A stretch of 64,000 nucleotides of DNA from NCBI GenBank assembly GCA_042088665.1, contig JBELMB010000004.1, positions 5,054 through 69,053 on the forward strand, given 5' to 3'. The stretch comes from Sagittula sp. (GTDB taxonomy: Bacteria > Pseudomonadota > Alphaproteobacteria > Rhodobacterales > Rhodobacteraceae). Shown here piece by piece: positions 19,765 through 28,955 of this stretch. The first letter of the stretch is position 1. Each line of letters starts with the position of its first letter. Below the pieces are notes generated by a model. The model was not told the DNA's origin. It did not search any database and saw only the letters and a list, made by a program, of their open reading frames with translations. Both the position numbers and the translations under genes were made by a program.

Positions 19765-20529
19765 ATGAGCTGGTTAAGAACATTGGTGTCCAAGCGCCCT
19801 GATCGCCCAATAGCGTCAGGGTTCCCGTCCTTCACGGCCCCGGTGGCACCTGACGCACCCTTTTACGCGATCGGAGATATCCACGGCTCCATTACAGCCC
19901 TGGAAGCCCTCCTGATCAAAATCGAATCCGTGGATTCAAATCCCCGGGTGGTCTGTGTGGGTGACTACATCGACCGAGGTGACGACTCCGCCAACGTCCT
20001 GCGTTGGCTGAAACGCTTGAACGAGGAATTCGGCGACAGCTTCACCTGTCTGATGGGCAACCACGAACAGATGCTGCTGCGGTTCCTCGAAAACCCTTCC
20101 ATGTATGGCGACCGCTGGTTCCGCCATGGCGGGCTGCAGACCCTTGCGAGCTACAACGTGTCCCGGCCGTCGAATGGCAGCGACGAAGGTGTGCGGGACA
20201 ACCTCTTTGACGCCATGGGCGAAGATATGGTGGTCTGGCTCGCGAACCTGCCGCTGGTCTGGCAAAGCGGCAACGTCGCCGTCGTGCATGCCGCCGCAGA
20301 TCCCATTCTGCCGCTGGAGGCGCAGTCCGATCAGGTGCTGCGCTGGGGTCACCCGGACTTCTTCTCGGTGCCGCGGACGGATGGCATCTGGGTCGTGCAC
20401 GGCCATACCATTGTCGATCAGGCGGAGGCCGTCGACGGACGCATTTCCGTCGATACGGGGGCCTATGCCACCGGCAGCCTGACCGCCGCCTACGTGGCGC
20501 CCGGCGGCGTCAGCTTTCTGTCCACCTGA
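19765..20529 (+). CDS. metallophosphoesterase / PPP-family Ser/Thr phosphatase
   Basis: GDIHG, GDYIDRGDDS and GNHE motifs occur in the canonical order. Confidence 0.85.
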   Translation: MSWLRTLVSKRPDRPIASGFPSFTAPVAPDAPFYAIGDIHGSITALEALLIKIESVDSNPRVVCVGDYIDRGDDSANVLRWLKRLNEEFGDSFTCLMGNHEQMLLRFLENPSMYGDRWFRHGGLQTLASYNVSRPSNGSDEGVRDNLFDAMGEDMVVWLANLPLVWQSGNVAVVHAAADPILPLEAQSDQVLRWGHPDFFSVPRTDGIWVVHGHTIVDQAEAVDGRISVDTGAYATGSLTAAYVAPGGVSFLST

Positions 20530-20690
20530 ACACGCCCACGCGCTGCGCGTGAATTGGGCAGCGCACAAAAAAAACCGGCGCGCGGCTGGCCAAGCGGTTT
20601 GACGAGCGTCCCCTGTGCTCCAGAGCCCTTGCCCTTTGAAATCCTATCGATACCCTCGGCGCCACGAAACGATAGACAGGGAGCTCTAAC

Positions 20691-21521
20691 ATGACACGTT
20701 TTTCCACAGCCATGGCCACTGTGCTGGCCACCTTGATCCCCGCAACCGCCATTGCCGAATGCACCAATGACACCTGGAACAAGGTGATGGAGCGCGGCAA
20801 ACTCGTCGTTGGCGTAAAGGCCGACTACAAGCCCTGGGGCTTCCGTGACACCGACGGCAGCCTCGTCGGCATGGAAATCGACATGGCCGGCGATGTGGCC
20901 GCGACCATGGGCGTCGAGCTTGAGCTCGTGCCGGTGCAATCCTCCAACCGGATGCAGTTCCTCGAGCAGGGCAAGATCGACCTGATGATCGCCACCATGT
21001 CCGACCGTCTGGACCGTCGCGAGATCGTCGGCATCGTCGGCCCGAACTACTACACATCCGGCACCAACCTGCTGGCCCCAAAGGCGCTCGGCCTGAGCGA
21101 CTGGAACGAGCTGTCCGGCAAGCCCGTCTGCGGCAAGCAGGGTGCCTTCTACAACCAGATCGTCGAAGAGCGCTATGACGCAACCATTGTGGCTTTCGTC
21201 GGAAACGCCGAGGCCAAGCAGGCGCTGCGCGACAAGAAGTGCATCGGCTGGGTCTATGACGACAGCTCCATCATGGCCGACCTCGCGTCCGGCGAATGGG
21301 ATGACTTCGAAATGCCCATGGCCACCGAAGACGACAACCCCTGGGCGCTGGCCGTGCCGAAAGCCGAAGAAAACTGCGTCTTTGGTCGCTTCATGTCTGG
21401 CATGCAGTACTCATGGCACAAGGACGGCACGCTGATCGAGCTCGAAGCCAAATGGGGCATCCAGCCGACCAGCTACCTGGCCAACGAGTCCGAAAAGTTC
21501 AGCGACTGGCTGGCGGAATAA
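20691..21521 (+). CDS. amino-acid ABC transporter substrate-binding protein
   Basis: Signal peptide plus family-3 SBP pattern (KLVVGVKADYKPWGFRD...). First gene of an ABC operon. Confidence 0.85.
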   Translation: MTRFSTAMATVLATLIPATAIAECTNDTWNKVMERGKLVVGVKADYKPWGFRDTDGSLVGMEIDMAGDVAATMGVELELVPVQSSNRMQFLEQGKIDLMIATMSDRLDRREIVGIVGPNYYTSGTNLLAPKALGLSDWNELSGKPVCGKQGAFYNQIVEERYDATIVAFVGNAEAKQALRDKKCIGWVYDDSSIMADLASGEWDDFEMPMATEDDNPWALAVPKAEENCVFGRFMSGMQYSWHKDGTLIELEAKWGIQPTSYLANESEKFSDWLAE

Positions 21522-21733
21522 CCTTCTCGCAACGTGGCAGGGGGCCCCTTGGGTGCTCCCTGCAGACCGGTCGCCCTTGGCTGCGTCGCGCCGTGAGTAT
21601 TTGAAAAACAGAGAAGCCCAGAGCGCTTGTGTTTCTCTGTTTCGAAAATACTCCGGGGGAGCGCGTCAGCGCGGGGGCAGAGCCCCCTCTTGCGGGGCAA
21701 CTGGACCAGCCGATACGTCAAACAGGGGCATGC

Positions 21734-22489
21734 ATGCTTGACGCCTTCACGGAGTTCTTCCGCCAACTGGCCGCAGATCATCCGACGTGGAACTTCATCT
21801 TCTTTTACCAAGAGCGACAATGGAACAAGGTGGTCGGCGGTCTCTGGCTGACGATCCAGCTGTCGATTGCCTGCGTGATCTTTTCCGTGATCATCGGCAT
21901 TCTTGGCGCCGCCATGCAAGGCGCGCGGTCGCGGCTCGCGCGCGGGGTGGTGAATGGCTACATCCAGTTCTTTCGCAACACGCCGCCCTTTGTGCAGCTC
22001 TTGTTCTTTTACTTTGCACTCGGACGGTTCACGCCCACCTACAGCCCTGACGGCTGGTTGGAAGTGCCGATCATTTCTGCGACAGGTTGGGCGATCATCT
22101 CGCTGAGCTTCTTTGCAGGCGCTTTCAACGTCGAGATCTTTCGTGCCGGTATCGAAGCCGTGCCCAAGAGCACGCAGGAGGCGGCGCAATCGCTCGGGTT
22201 CACGCGGCTTCAAACCTATCGTTTGATCGTCCTGCCGCTGGCGATGCGGGTCTCGCTGCCCGCGCTGAACAACAACCTTGTGAACCTCGTCAAGACCACC
22301 ACGCAGGCCTTTGTCATTGCGGTGCCGGAATTGCTGTACCAGTCGATCACCATCTGGAACGATTTTCCCTCTGCGCAGAACCCCATGATGTTGGTGCTGT
22401 TTGTCAGTTATCTCTGCCTCGTCGGGGTCCTGGTCATGGGTATGACCCGTTGGGAGCGCAAGATGCGCATCCCGGGCTACGGAGGCTGA
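21734..22489 (+). CDS. amino-acid ABC transporter permease
   Basis: His/Glu/Gln/Arg-type permease pattern (NTPPFVQLLFFYF, EAAQSLGFTRLQTYRLIVLP). The start is set at the internal ATG (MLDAF...) rather than the ORF-track start at 21629. Confidence 0.8.
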   Translation: MLDAFTEFFRQLAADHPTWNFIFFYQERQWNKVVGGLWLTIQLSIACVIFSVIIGILGAAMQGARSRLARGVVNGYIQFFRNTPPFVQLLFFYFALGRFTPTYSPDGWLEVPIISATGWAIISLSFFAGAFNVEIFRAGIEAVPKSTQEAAQSLGFTRLQTYRLIVLPLAMRVSLPALNNNLVNLVKTTTQAFVIAVPELLYQSITIWNDFPSAQNPMMLVLFVSYLCLVGVLVMGMTRWERKMRIPGYGG

Positions 22490-22490
22490 C

Positions 22491-23387
22491 ATGAGATCCT
22501 TTCCCGGCATCAACGCCCCCGCCCGCACTGACCTTCCCGTCATGCATTCGCACGCCGCGCTGTACCGCGCGCCTTCCCGCATCGGCTTTTCCGAATGGCT
22601 GGCGGCGATCCCCCTTTGGGTTTTCTGCCTTGCCTCGGTCAGCCTCGTGCTTTGGCCTCTGATGGCCGGGGCGCAGGCCATCGGCACCGACGACCTGCCT
22701 CAGGGGCCGCTGGTCTCGCTGTGGCGCTGGGTGCCCTTCATCCTGTTTCAGGGCTTTGTCTTCACCCTGATCATCAGCTTTCTGACCATGGTCGTGGGCA
22801 CCTTTCTCGGGGTCTTTCTCGGGTTGGGACAGCTGTCCCCGATCAAGCCGCTGTCCTGGGTGTCGATGGTGATCACCCAGATCTTTCGCAACTCGCCCTG
22901 GTTGGTGCTCTTGTTCATCGTGATGCTGTCCTTCCCGTTCGAGTTCGAAGTGGCGGGCATGATCATCCCGGTGCCCGATTGGGCCAAGGCGGTCATTGGC
23001 CTCGCCCTTCCGGTCATGGCCAACATCTCGGAAATCGTGAGGGGCGCGGTGAACTCCGTCCCCACCGGCCAGTGGGAGGCCGCCGAAAGCCTCGCCTTCA
23101 GCCGCCGTCAGACGCTTTTCCAGATCATCCTCCCGCAGTGTATCAAGCGGATGATCCCCCCCTGGATGAACTGGTACGCGATCCTCACCATGGCCACACC
23201 GATCGTGTCGATCCTCGGCGTCGAAGAGGTTCTGAACCTCACCCGTCAAGCCATCGAGGCAGAAAACAACCGTCCCGAACTGCTTGTGCCGTTCTACGGC
23301 TTTGTCCTGCTGATCTTCTTTCTCTACTGCTATCCGATCGCGCTTCTGACCGTACGGTTGGAAAAACGCTTTGTGCTGAAACTGTGA
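22491..23387 (+). CDS. amino-acid ABC transporter permease
   Basis: Second permease. EAA-loop-like segment EAAESLAFSRRQTLFQIILPQ. Confidence 0.82.
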   Translation: MRSFPGINAPARTDLPVMHSHAALYRAPSRIGFSEWLAAIPLWVFCLASVSLVLWPLMAGAQAIGTDDLPQGPLVSLWRWVPFILFQGFVFTLIISFLTMVVGTFLGVFLGLGQLSPIKPLSWVSMVITQIFRNSPWLVLLFIVMLSFPFEFEVAGMIIPVPDWAKAVIGLALPVMANISEIVRGAVNSVPTGQWEAAESLAFSRRQTLFQIILPQCIKRMIPPWMNWYAILTMATPIVSILGVEEVLNLTRQAIEAENNRPELLVPFYGFVLLIFFLYCYPIALLTVRLEKRFVLKL

Positions 23388-23397
23388 AGGTGCCCGA

Positions 23398-24144
23398 ATG
23401 ACCTGGACCCCCGACATGCCCATCGTCTCCATCAAGGAGGTGCACAAGAGTTTTGGCGATCTCGAAGTGCTGAAGGGCGTTTCGCTTGATGTGATGAAGG
23501 GCGAGGTGATCTGCATCATCGGTCCGTCCGGCTCCGGCAAATCGACCTTGATCCGCTGCATCAATGCGCTGAACGACATCCAGTCCGGATCCATCAAGGT
23601 GGAGGGCCAAGAGGTGCACACCCCCGACCTTGACGCATTGGAACTGCGCAAGAAGGTCGGCATGGTGTTCCAGCAGTACAACCTGTTTCCGCACAAGACC
23701 GCGTTGGAAAACATCATGATGGCGCCGGTGAAGGTGCTCAAGGAACCCCCCGAAGAAGTGGCCGCCCGCGCCCGCATGCTGCTCAAGAAGGTGCGGCTGG
23801 AGGGCAAGGAAGACGCCTTTCCCGGAGAGCTTTCCGGCGGCCAGCAACAGCGCGTGGCCATCGCCCGCAGTCTGGCAATGCAGCCCGACGTGATGCTGTT
23901 CGACGAGGTCACCGCCGCGCTGGACCCGGAGACGGTGAAAGAGGTGTTGGTCACGATCAAGGACCTCGCCGCCGATGGAATGACCTGCATTCTTGTCACG
24001 CACGAAATGGGCTTTGCCCGGGAACTGGCGGATTGCATCTATTTCACCGACCGTGGTGTGATCGTCGAAAGCGGCCCGCCCGCGACCTTTTTTGACGAGG
24101 CAAAGGACCCGCGGACCAGGGAATTCCTCAGTCAGATCCTGTGA
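23398..24144 (+). CDS. amino-acid ABC transporter ATP-binding protein
   Basis: Walker A (GPSGSGKST), signature (LSGGQQQRVAIAR) and Walker B (MLFDE). Confidence 0.93.
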   Translation: MTWTPDMPIVSIKEVHKSFGDLEVLKGVSLDVMKGEVICIIGPSGSGKSTLIRCINALNDIQSGSIKVEGQEVHTPDLDALELRKKVGMVFQQYNLFPHKTALENIMMAPVKVLKEPPEEVAARARMLLKKVRLEGKEDAFPGELSGGQQQRVAIARSLAMQPDVMLFDEVTAALDPETVKEVLVTIKDLAADGMTCILVTHEMGFARELADCIYFTDRGVIVESGPPATFFDEAKDPRTREFLSQIL

Positions 24145-24346
24145 CACCCCGCGCATGGGTCTTGTCATGGAGGTCCGCGATCAGTCGGCTTGCCGTGCGC
24201 GCGCACAGCGCGGGGATTACCGCGTGCAGGGCAGCAGCCCCGGCAGCCAAGGCCAGTCGTGCCGAGATTCCCGCAGCAAAGCGCGCGTGTTGCAGATAGT
24301 TTTCGTCGACAGACCGCGGATGGGCGAGAAAAATACGTGTCATCAT
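24128..24346 (-). CDS. small hypothetical protein (72 aa), possibly DUF6356-like
   Basis: Only the last 72 codons of the 307-aa ORF-track entry look coding. ATG at 24346 with an AAGGAG-containing RBS (AAAGGAGCC) upstream. The family name is from memory only. Confidence 0.45.
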   Translation of the reverse strand: MMTRIFLAHPRSVDENYLQHARFAAGISARLALAAGAAALHAVIPALCARTASRLIADLHDKTHARGVTGSD

Positions 24347-24451
24347 CAGGGGGCTCCTTTTGCCGTTGCGCCCAACCTGCACAAGATCTCGCGAGAGCTG
24401 ATCCCAATTTTCATGCCAGATGCGTTGATCTTGGGATAATCTCCCAATACT

Positions 24452-24919
24452 TTGCCGGGTATGGAGACACTCGACAGTTTCGACCGCAAGATCCTGACCC
24501 TGTTGCAGGCCGACGCCGCCCTGTCGCTGGACGATCTTGGGGCGCAGGTCGGCCTGTCCCGCAACGCATGCTGGCGCCGGGTCCGCCTGCTGGAAGAGCG
24601 CGGCGTGCTGAAGGGCCGCGTGGCTCTGGTCGATCCGGACAAGGTCGGGTTGGGTCTTCAGGTCTTTGTCCAGTTGCGCGCGCCCCGGCACAGCGCCGAC
24701 TGGCTGCGCGCCTTCCGACAGGCGGTGTCGGCCATGCCCGAAATCCTTGGCGTCTACCGGATGAGCGGGGATCTGGACTATCTGATCCGCGCCCGGGTGG
24801 ACACGATTGCAGGCTACGATGCCTTGTATCAGAGGCTGATTTCCAAGGTCGAGCTGCGCGATGTCTCCGCCAGTTTCGTGATGGAAGAGCTCAAGGACAG
24901 CACCGCCTTGCCCCTGTGA
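24452..24919 (+). CDS. Lrp/AsnC family transcriptional regulator
   Basis: 155 aa. HTH region (LDSFDRKILTLLQADAALSLDDLGAQVGLSRNACWRRVRLLEERGVL) followed by an AsnC-type ligand domain. Confidence 0.9.
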   Translation: MPGMETLDSFDRKILTLLQADAALSLDDLGAQVGLSRNACWRRVRLLEERGVLKGRVALVDPDKVGLGLQVFVQLRAPRHSADWLRAFRQAVSAMPEILGVYRMSGDLDYLIRARVDTIAGYDALYQRLISKVELRDVSASFVMEELKDSTALPL

Positions 24920-25276
24920 CAGGCAGAGCGGCGGGCGAACGGGGGACCGTTGTGAGGGATCCCGTCTTTTGCACATGGGTGCCCGGCGGGGGGGGGCTGC
25001 CCGGGGGGGACATCTGGCCCGTCTGAGGTGACATTGCGCCGTGGTGCCCACGGCCCGTGAGGCCGGATCGCATCCGGTGTTCCGGTGGTGGCCAGATCAC
25101 TTCACGGCTTTCAGGGCGCTCTGTAGGATCTTCAGGAAACCTTCACCGAATCGCCCAACAATAAAGGGCGGTAGGGAGAGGGATACTCCGGTTTTGCCCT
25201 CTGATCGCAGGCACGCTTGGGCCTTGGACCGGGCGCGCGATGACCCAAGCCTGCAATCACTGGCCTCTGCCCGCCG

Positions 25277-25930
25277 TCAATTCCCGCTTTGCGAAAAGTG
25301 CTGGTAGTCCTTCAACGACGACCAGTCGCCGCCCCACCCCCAGCCGCGCGCCTTGAACGCCCGCACGACCACATCCCCCGAACGGATCACGCCCGGCACA
25401 TCCGCACCACGCTCGCCGCTGTCGTCATAATCCTGCCCCGCGACCGGAGACGTCTTGCGCGCCGTCACGAAAGGGTTGTGAACCGGGTTGATGTCCACTG
25501 CGAGGCCAAAGGCGTGTTGCGACATGCGGTTGCTGCCTCCCACGCGGCGACAGTTGAAGGCAGAGGTGTTGTTGGCGGCCATGGACATGCCATCGTCACC
25601 GGCAAATTCATGCACCAGCCGCATGCTCTGGATGGGAAAGCCGGCCGCGTGGATCTCTGCGAAAACATCCAACACGTCCTCGGCCACATCGCTGGCGACG
25701 ATCAGCGCACCAAGGCGCGTGTCACCATAGAAATCGACAAAGGGAACCGTCAGCAAGCTGAGCGCCTCGCGCGCCGGACAATCGAGATGGCTGTGCCAAC
25801 TCACGCCCTGCATCTTCGCCCAGATGTCGTCCGGGATGGGGGCCTGCGTGCCACGCTCCGGTGTCTGCGCCAGCGTGGCAGAGCCTGCCAGAGCCATCAC
25901 CGCGCCCACGTTTCTGATCTGCTGCCACAT
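25277..25930 (-). CDS. secreted M15-family peptidoglycan metallopeptidase (VanY-like)
   Basis: SQHAFGLAVD motif (SxHxxGxAxD). The start is placed at MWQQIRNVGAVMALAGSATLAQ, a signal peptide, rather than at the ORF-track start 26128. Confidence 0.75.
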   Translation of the reverse strand: MWQQIRNVGAVMALAGSATLAQTPERGTQAPIPDDIWAKMQGVSWHSHLDCPAREALSLLTVPFVDFYGDTRLGALIVASDVAEDVLDVFAEIHAAGFPIQSMRLVHEFAGDDGMSMAANNTSAFNCRRVGGSNRMSQHAFGLAVDINPVHNPFVTARKTSPVAGQDYDDSGERGADVPGVIRSGDVVVRAFKARGWGWGGDWSSLKDYQHFSQSGN

Positions 25931-26040
25931 CCCGTGCGTCCTTTTGTCGGCATCATCTGTCGCCAGTAAAGGCTGACGCAGAGGCGCGCTCAAGTCACGG
26001 ATCCCTGACCCGCATCCGGCGGGAGATTGCCGAAAGATCC

Positions 26041-27465
26041 TCAGTCCAGCAGGAACTTGCGGCTGACAAAGCCCGCGCGATTTTCCGAATCGCGCACTTC
26101 GTACCACAGGATATTTGCAGCGATGCACCGCTTTACCCGCGCGTCTTCCTCCGTGTCCGCCGGGTCGAGCGCCACGGCGTCACAGGCCTCAAGGCAGCGC
26201 TCCGCGACGCTTTCGTCGCCGGGGGTGCGCAGGCTCTGGGTGCCGATGACCCGCAACCGCTCCCCAAGGGGGACCTGTCGCAGCACCGGAGCAGAGAATC
26301 CGGCCTCCTCTCGCAGGTTCACATATTCCGAGACGTTGACCACGGTCACCTCCGGTCGCAGCACCCAGCAGCGGTCCAGCGCGGTCTCGGTCAATGCGGC
26401 GCGCGCCCGGTCCCCCAGCGCCGCCACATAGGTCGCTTGTGCGTCGGGCTCGGGCAGGGGCAAGTCCTCAAGGCGGTGGTCGGCAGGATAGAGCATATAG
26501 GCTTGCAGGGGCGCAGCCTCAGGCGTGGCAAAGGGCCGGAGTGGCTGCCGGATCTCTCCCAGCGGGGCTGTGCCGGTCCCGTCGCGCAGGTCCAGCGCAC
26601 AGGGCGCGCCGGTGCTGCCGTCGTCGCGCAGGGCCACCGTGCCCTCACCCAGCCCGACAAAGCGGAACGCAGTGGGGGTCTGCGCATCTGGCAGGTCTTC
26701 GGGGTGCAGATCCTCGCGGGCCGCGCGGGCGTTCAGGCACGCAAGGCGAAAGGCGCCGTCGTCATCCGTTTCGGGCAGGTCCACGGGGGCCACTGCAATG
26801 CCCCAGCGCGCCGCTTGCCCAACGGTGGCGACCGCGGTCATCCCGCCGGGCGGTGTCCCCAACAGCGCGTGCAACAGCGAATCAGGAAACAACAGATCCC
26901 GGCGCGTGCGCAGCACAACCACTTCGGCAAGGGCAGACAGCGCGCGGCGATAGGCCCGGGCGAGGGCCTGCGGATCGTCACCCGCCGATCCGTCCGGCAC
27001 ATCCAATGGCGGCGCATGAAATCCCAAAAGCCCGCGCGGATGCAGCACGCGGTCGGGCCGCGTGCCCCCGTCGTCGCGGGCGACTCCCGCCATGAAGATC
27101 ACGGCGCAGGGGCCGGTGCACCGCGCCCCACGCGCAACTGCCGCGCCCCATCCGCGACCGGCCAGCGCCTCGGCCAACCGCGTCGCTTCGAGCATGTCAC
27201 CCATGGCGCTGTCGAGGCAAAGCCGCCTTGGCGCCTGCGTCCCGGATGCCTGCCTGTCGATGAAATCCAGCGCCACGGCCAGCGCCTCTGCATCGCCCTC
27301 GGTGATCTCTCCGCGCAGATGCAGCGCACAGCCCATCTCGGCCTCGCCTTCATCGGCATCCCCAAGATCCGCGGCCTGTACCGCGCCGCACAGCGCCAGA
27401 GCCACAACCGCCACGGTTCGGGCAGCAATGGGCCAAATCAAGAGACGTCGAAGCAGTGCCATCAT
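26041..27465 (-). CDS. secreted hypothetical protein with a C-terminal SH3-like region
   Basis: The internal start MMALLRRLLIWPIAARTVAVVALALCGAVQA gives a signal peptide. The N-terminal part resembles periplasmic ClpP-fold proteins (recollection). The C-terminal ~100 aa look SH3b-like. Confidence 0.55.
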   Translation of the reverse strand: MMALLRRLLIWPIAARTVAVVALALCGAVQAADLGDADEGEAEMGCALHLRGEITEGDAEALAVALDFIDRQASGTQAPRRLCLDSAMGDMLEATRLAEALAGRGWGAAVARGARCTGPCAVIFMAGVARDDGGTRPDRVLHPRGLLGFHAPPLDVPDGSAGDDPQALARAYRRALSALAEVVVLRTRRDLLFPDSLLHALLGTPPGGMTAVATVGQAARWGIAVAPVDLPETDDDGAFRLACLNARAAREDLHPEDLPDAQTPTAFRFVGLGEGTVALRDDGSTGAPCALDLRDGTGTAPLGEIRQPLRPFATPEAAPLQAYMLYPADHRLEDLPLPEPDAQATYVAALGDRARAALTETALDRCWVLRPEVTVVNVSEYVNLREEAGFSAPVLRQVPLGERLRVIGTQSLRTPGDESVAERCLEACDAVALDPADTEEDARVKRCIAANILWYEVRDSENRAGFVSRKFLLD

Positions 27466-27794
27466 GCCCGTAAGACAGGCGAAATCGGACCCGGTTGCAA
27501 CGCCTAATCGACGGGGGCCGTGCCGGTTCCCCCGCGGCAGAAGGGGCCCGACACCGGTGCTTGCCATCCGTGAGGCCACGATGTGAAACGCGGCGATGCC
27601 ATAGCGCCACCGCCGTTTCACAACGATCCGGAAACCGTCAACCCAGCGGCGAAAGGGGGCCGGGTCAGAGCACAAGACCTGCCCGGGTCCATCTGCCCAA
27701 CTGTCTGAAAGAAAGACGATAGTGCCGTGTGAATCACCCGGCCATCGACACGCACATGCCAGATGCGCCGCTGCAAAGCCCTGTCAGGGAAAAC

Positions 27795-28109
27795 TCAGGT
27801 GGACCACTGATCGATGCGGTCGATCTGCAGGATCGAGCCGGAGTAGAAATCATGCGGACCCTTGTTTTCGGCCGAAAACACTCCCTCGATCAGCATGGTC
27901 TTGCCATGGAACTCTGCCAGGTTCATCTCGGGCGGCAGGTCAAGGTGGATGCCGTTCTTGGTCACCGACTGGTTGTAGAACTCCGCCGCAGCCCACATCA
28001 CCGCGCTCTCCGCGCCAAAGGTGCACAGGCCGATCACACGGATTTTCTGTTCCTCATAGATCTCCGGCGCGTGGATCAGCGCCAGCAGGGATACGAATTC
28101 CATCTCCAT
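27795..28109 (-). CDS. small cytoplasmic protein, paralog B of a tandem pair (candidate immunity protein)
   Basis: 104 aa. Strong AGGAGG RBS 8 nt upstream of ATG 28109. About 40-45% identical by hand alignment to the upstream paralog. No signal peptide. Confidence 0.75.
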   Translation of the reverse strand: MEMEFVSLLALIHAPEIYEEQKIRVIGLCTFGAESAVMWAAAEFYNQSVTKNGIHLDLPPEMNLAEFHGKTMLIEGVFSAENKGPHDFYSGSILQIDRIDQWST

Positions 28110-28140
28110 CGTTCATTCCTCCTGTGTGGCGCGGGGCCAG

Positions 28141-28455
28141 TCAGCCTTTCCAGGGTTCGATGCGGGCAATCTGCTGGATTGAACCCGAGAACATGCCCAT
28201 GTGGCCATTGCTTTGCGCAGAAAAGATCCCCTCGATCAGCATCACCTGTCCATCGTGCTGCACCAGATCGCGCATGCCGATGCTCAGCCAGACGGCATTC
28301 TTCGAGATATACTGCGTGCGGTATTCCTGAGCGGCCCACACGGCGTTGCCTTCAAATTCGAACGAACACAGGCCCACGACACGCACCGCTTGCCCGTCGT
28401 ACATTTCGGGTGTGCCAATCAGGGCATGCACCGCCACGGGTTCGAAACTGCTCAT
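28141..28455 (-). CDS. small cytoplasmic protein, paralog A of a tandem pair (candidate immunity protein)
   Basis: 104 aa from ATG 28455, with a GAGGAAA RBS (the ORF track starts at GTG 28458). Shares motifs with paralog B: VxGLCxF, WAAxE, MLIEGxFSA, SGSIxQIxRI. Confidence 0.75.
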   Translation of the reverse strand: MSSFEPVAVHALIGTPEMYDGQAVRVVGLCSFEFEGNAVWAAQEYRTQYISKNAVWLSIGMRDLVQHDGQVMLIEGIFSAQSNGHMGMFSGSIQQIARIEPWKG

Positions 28456-28478
28456 CACGTCTTTCCTCTGGTTTGGGT

Positions 28479-28955
28479 TTATCGGGTCGGTGCTGTCTGT
28501 GGCAGGGTGTCTTCACTGCTGTCAGAGGGGTTGTAGCGTTTGATCACACCCGTTGGTGTAGACACGTAGACGGGCGCATTGTTCGAATCGCCAAATCTGC
28601 GGTCCGCATTCGAAAAGTTCTCACTGTCGTATCGCGGGTCGGGGCCACCGTGTGTGTGCCAGACCGCGACGTCACTGGCACCTTTGGGACCCGGATCGGC
28701 GCTGTCTATATCACCGGCCACTGGCGCGCGCGGCGTGAAGGTGCCGTCGCCATTGTCCTGAACCCAACCTGCGGTCTCGCTGTTGGAGGCCACGGAGCCG
28801 GGGTTTTCATGTTGCATGGCCGCGACGGCCGCATCCTCGGCCGAGCCATAAGACTTTTCGTATGGGGTCGCCGCGTTGCAACCGCTCACACAGCCACCGG
28901 CTTCTGATCCACCATTGTTGGCGGCTGGCGGGGTCGATTCCTTTTCGCCGCTCAT
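28479..28955 (-). CDS. DUF4329-like protein (candidate toxin/effector component)
   Basis: The start at ATG 28955 forms an ATGA overlap with the upstream gene's stop. The core (SAEDAAVAAMQ...ETAGWV...WHTHGG...ENFSNAD...VYVSTPTGVIKRY) matches my recollection of the DUF4329 pattern found at Rhs/YD C-termini. Confidence 0.7.
   Translation of the reverse strand: MSGEKESTPPAANNGGSEAGGCVSGCNAATPYEKSYGSAEDAAVAAMQHENPGSVASNSETAGWVQDNGDGTFTPRAPVAGDIDSADPGPKGASDVAVWHTHGGPDPRYDSENFSNADRRFGDSNNAPVYVSTPTGVIKRYNPSDSSEDTLPQTAPTR

Noticed and set aside
20540-20576. Hairpin GCGCTGC...GCAGCGC followed by an A8 run after the phosphatase gene
   Set aside because: The A-run, rather than a T-run, follows the stem on the coding strand. 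The order is also wrong for a minus-strand terminator. It is not a supportable terminator.
24128-25051. 307-aa minus-strand ORF overlapping the Lrp gene
   Set aside because: Only its last 72 codons (24128-24346), which have their own RBS, look like a real gene. The remainder is antisense to the Lrp/AsnC regulator.
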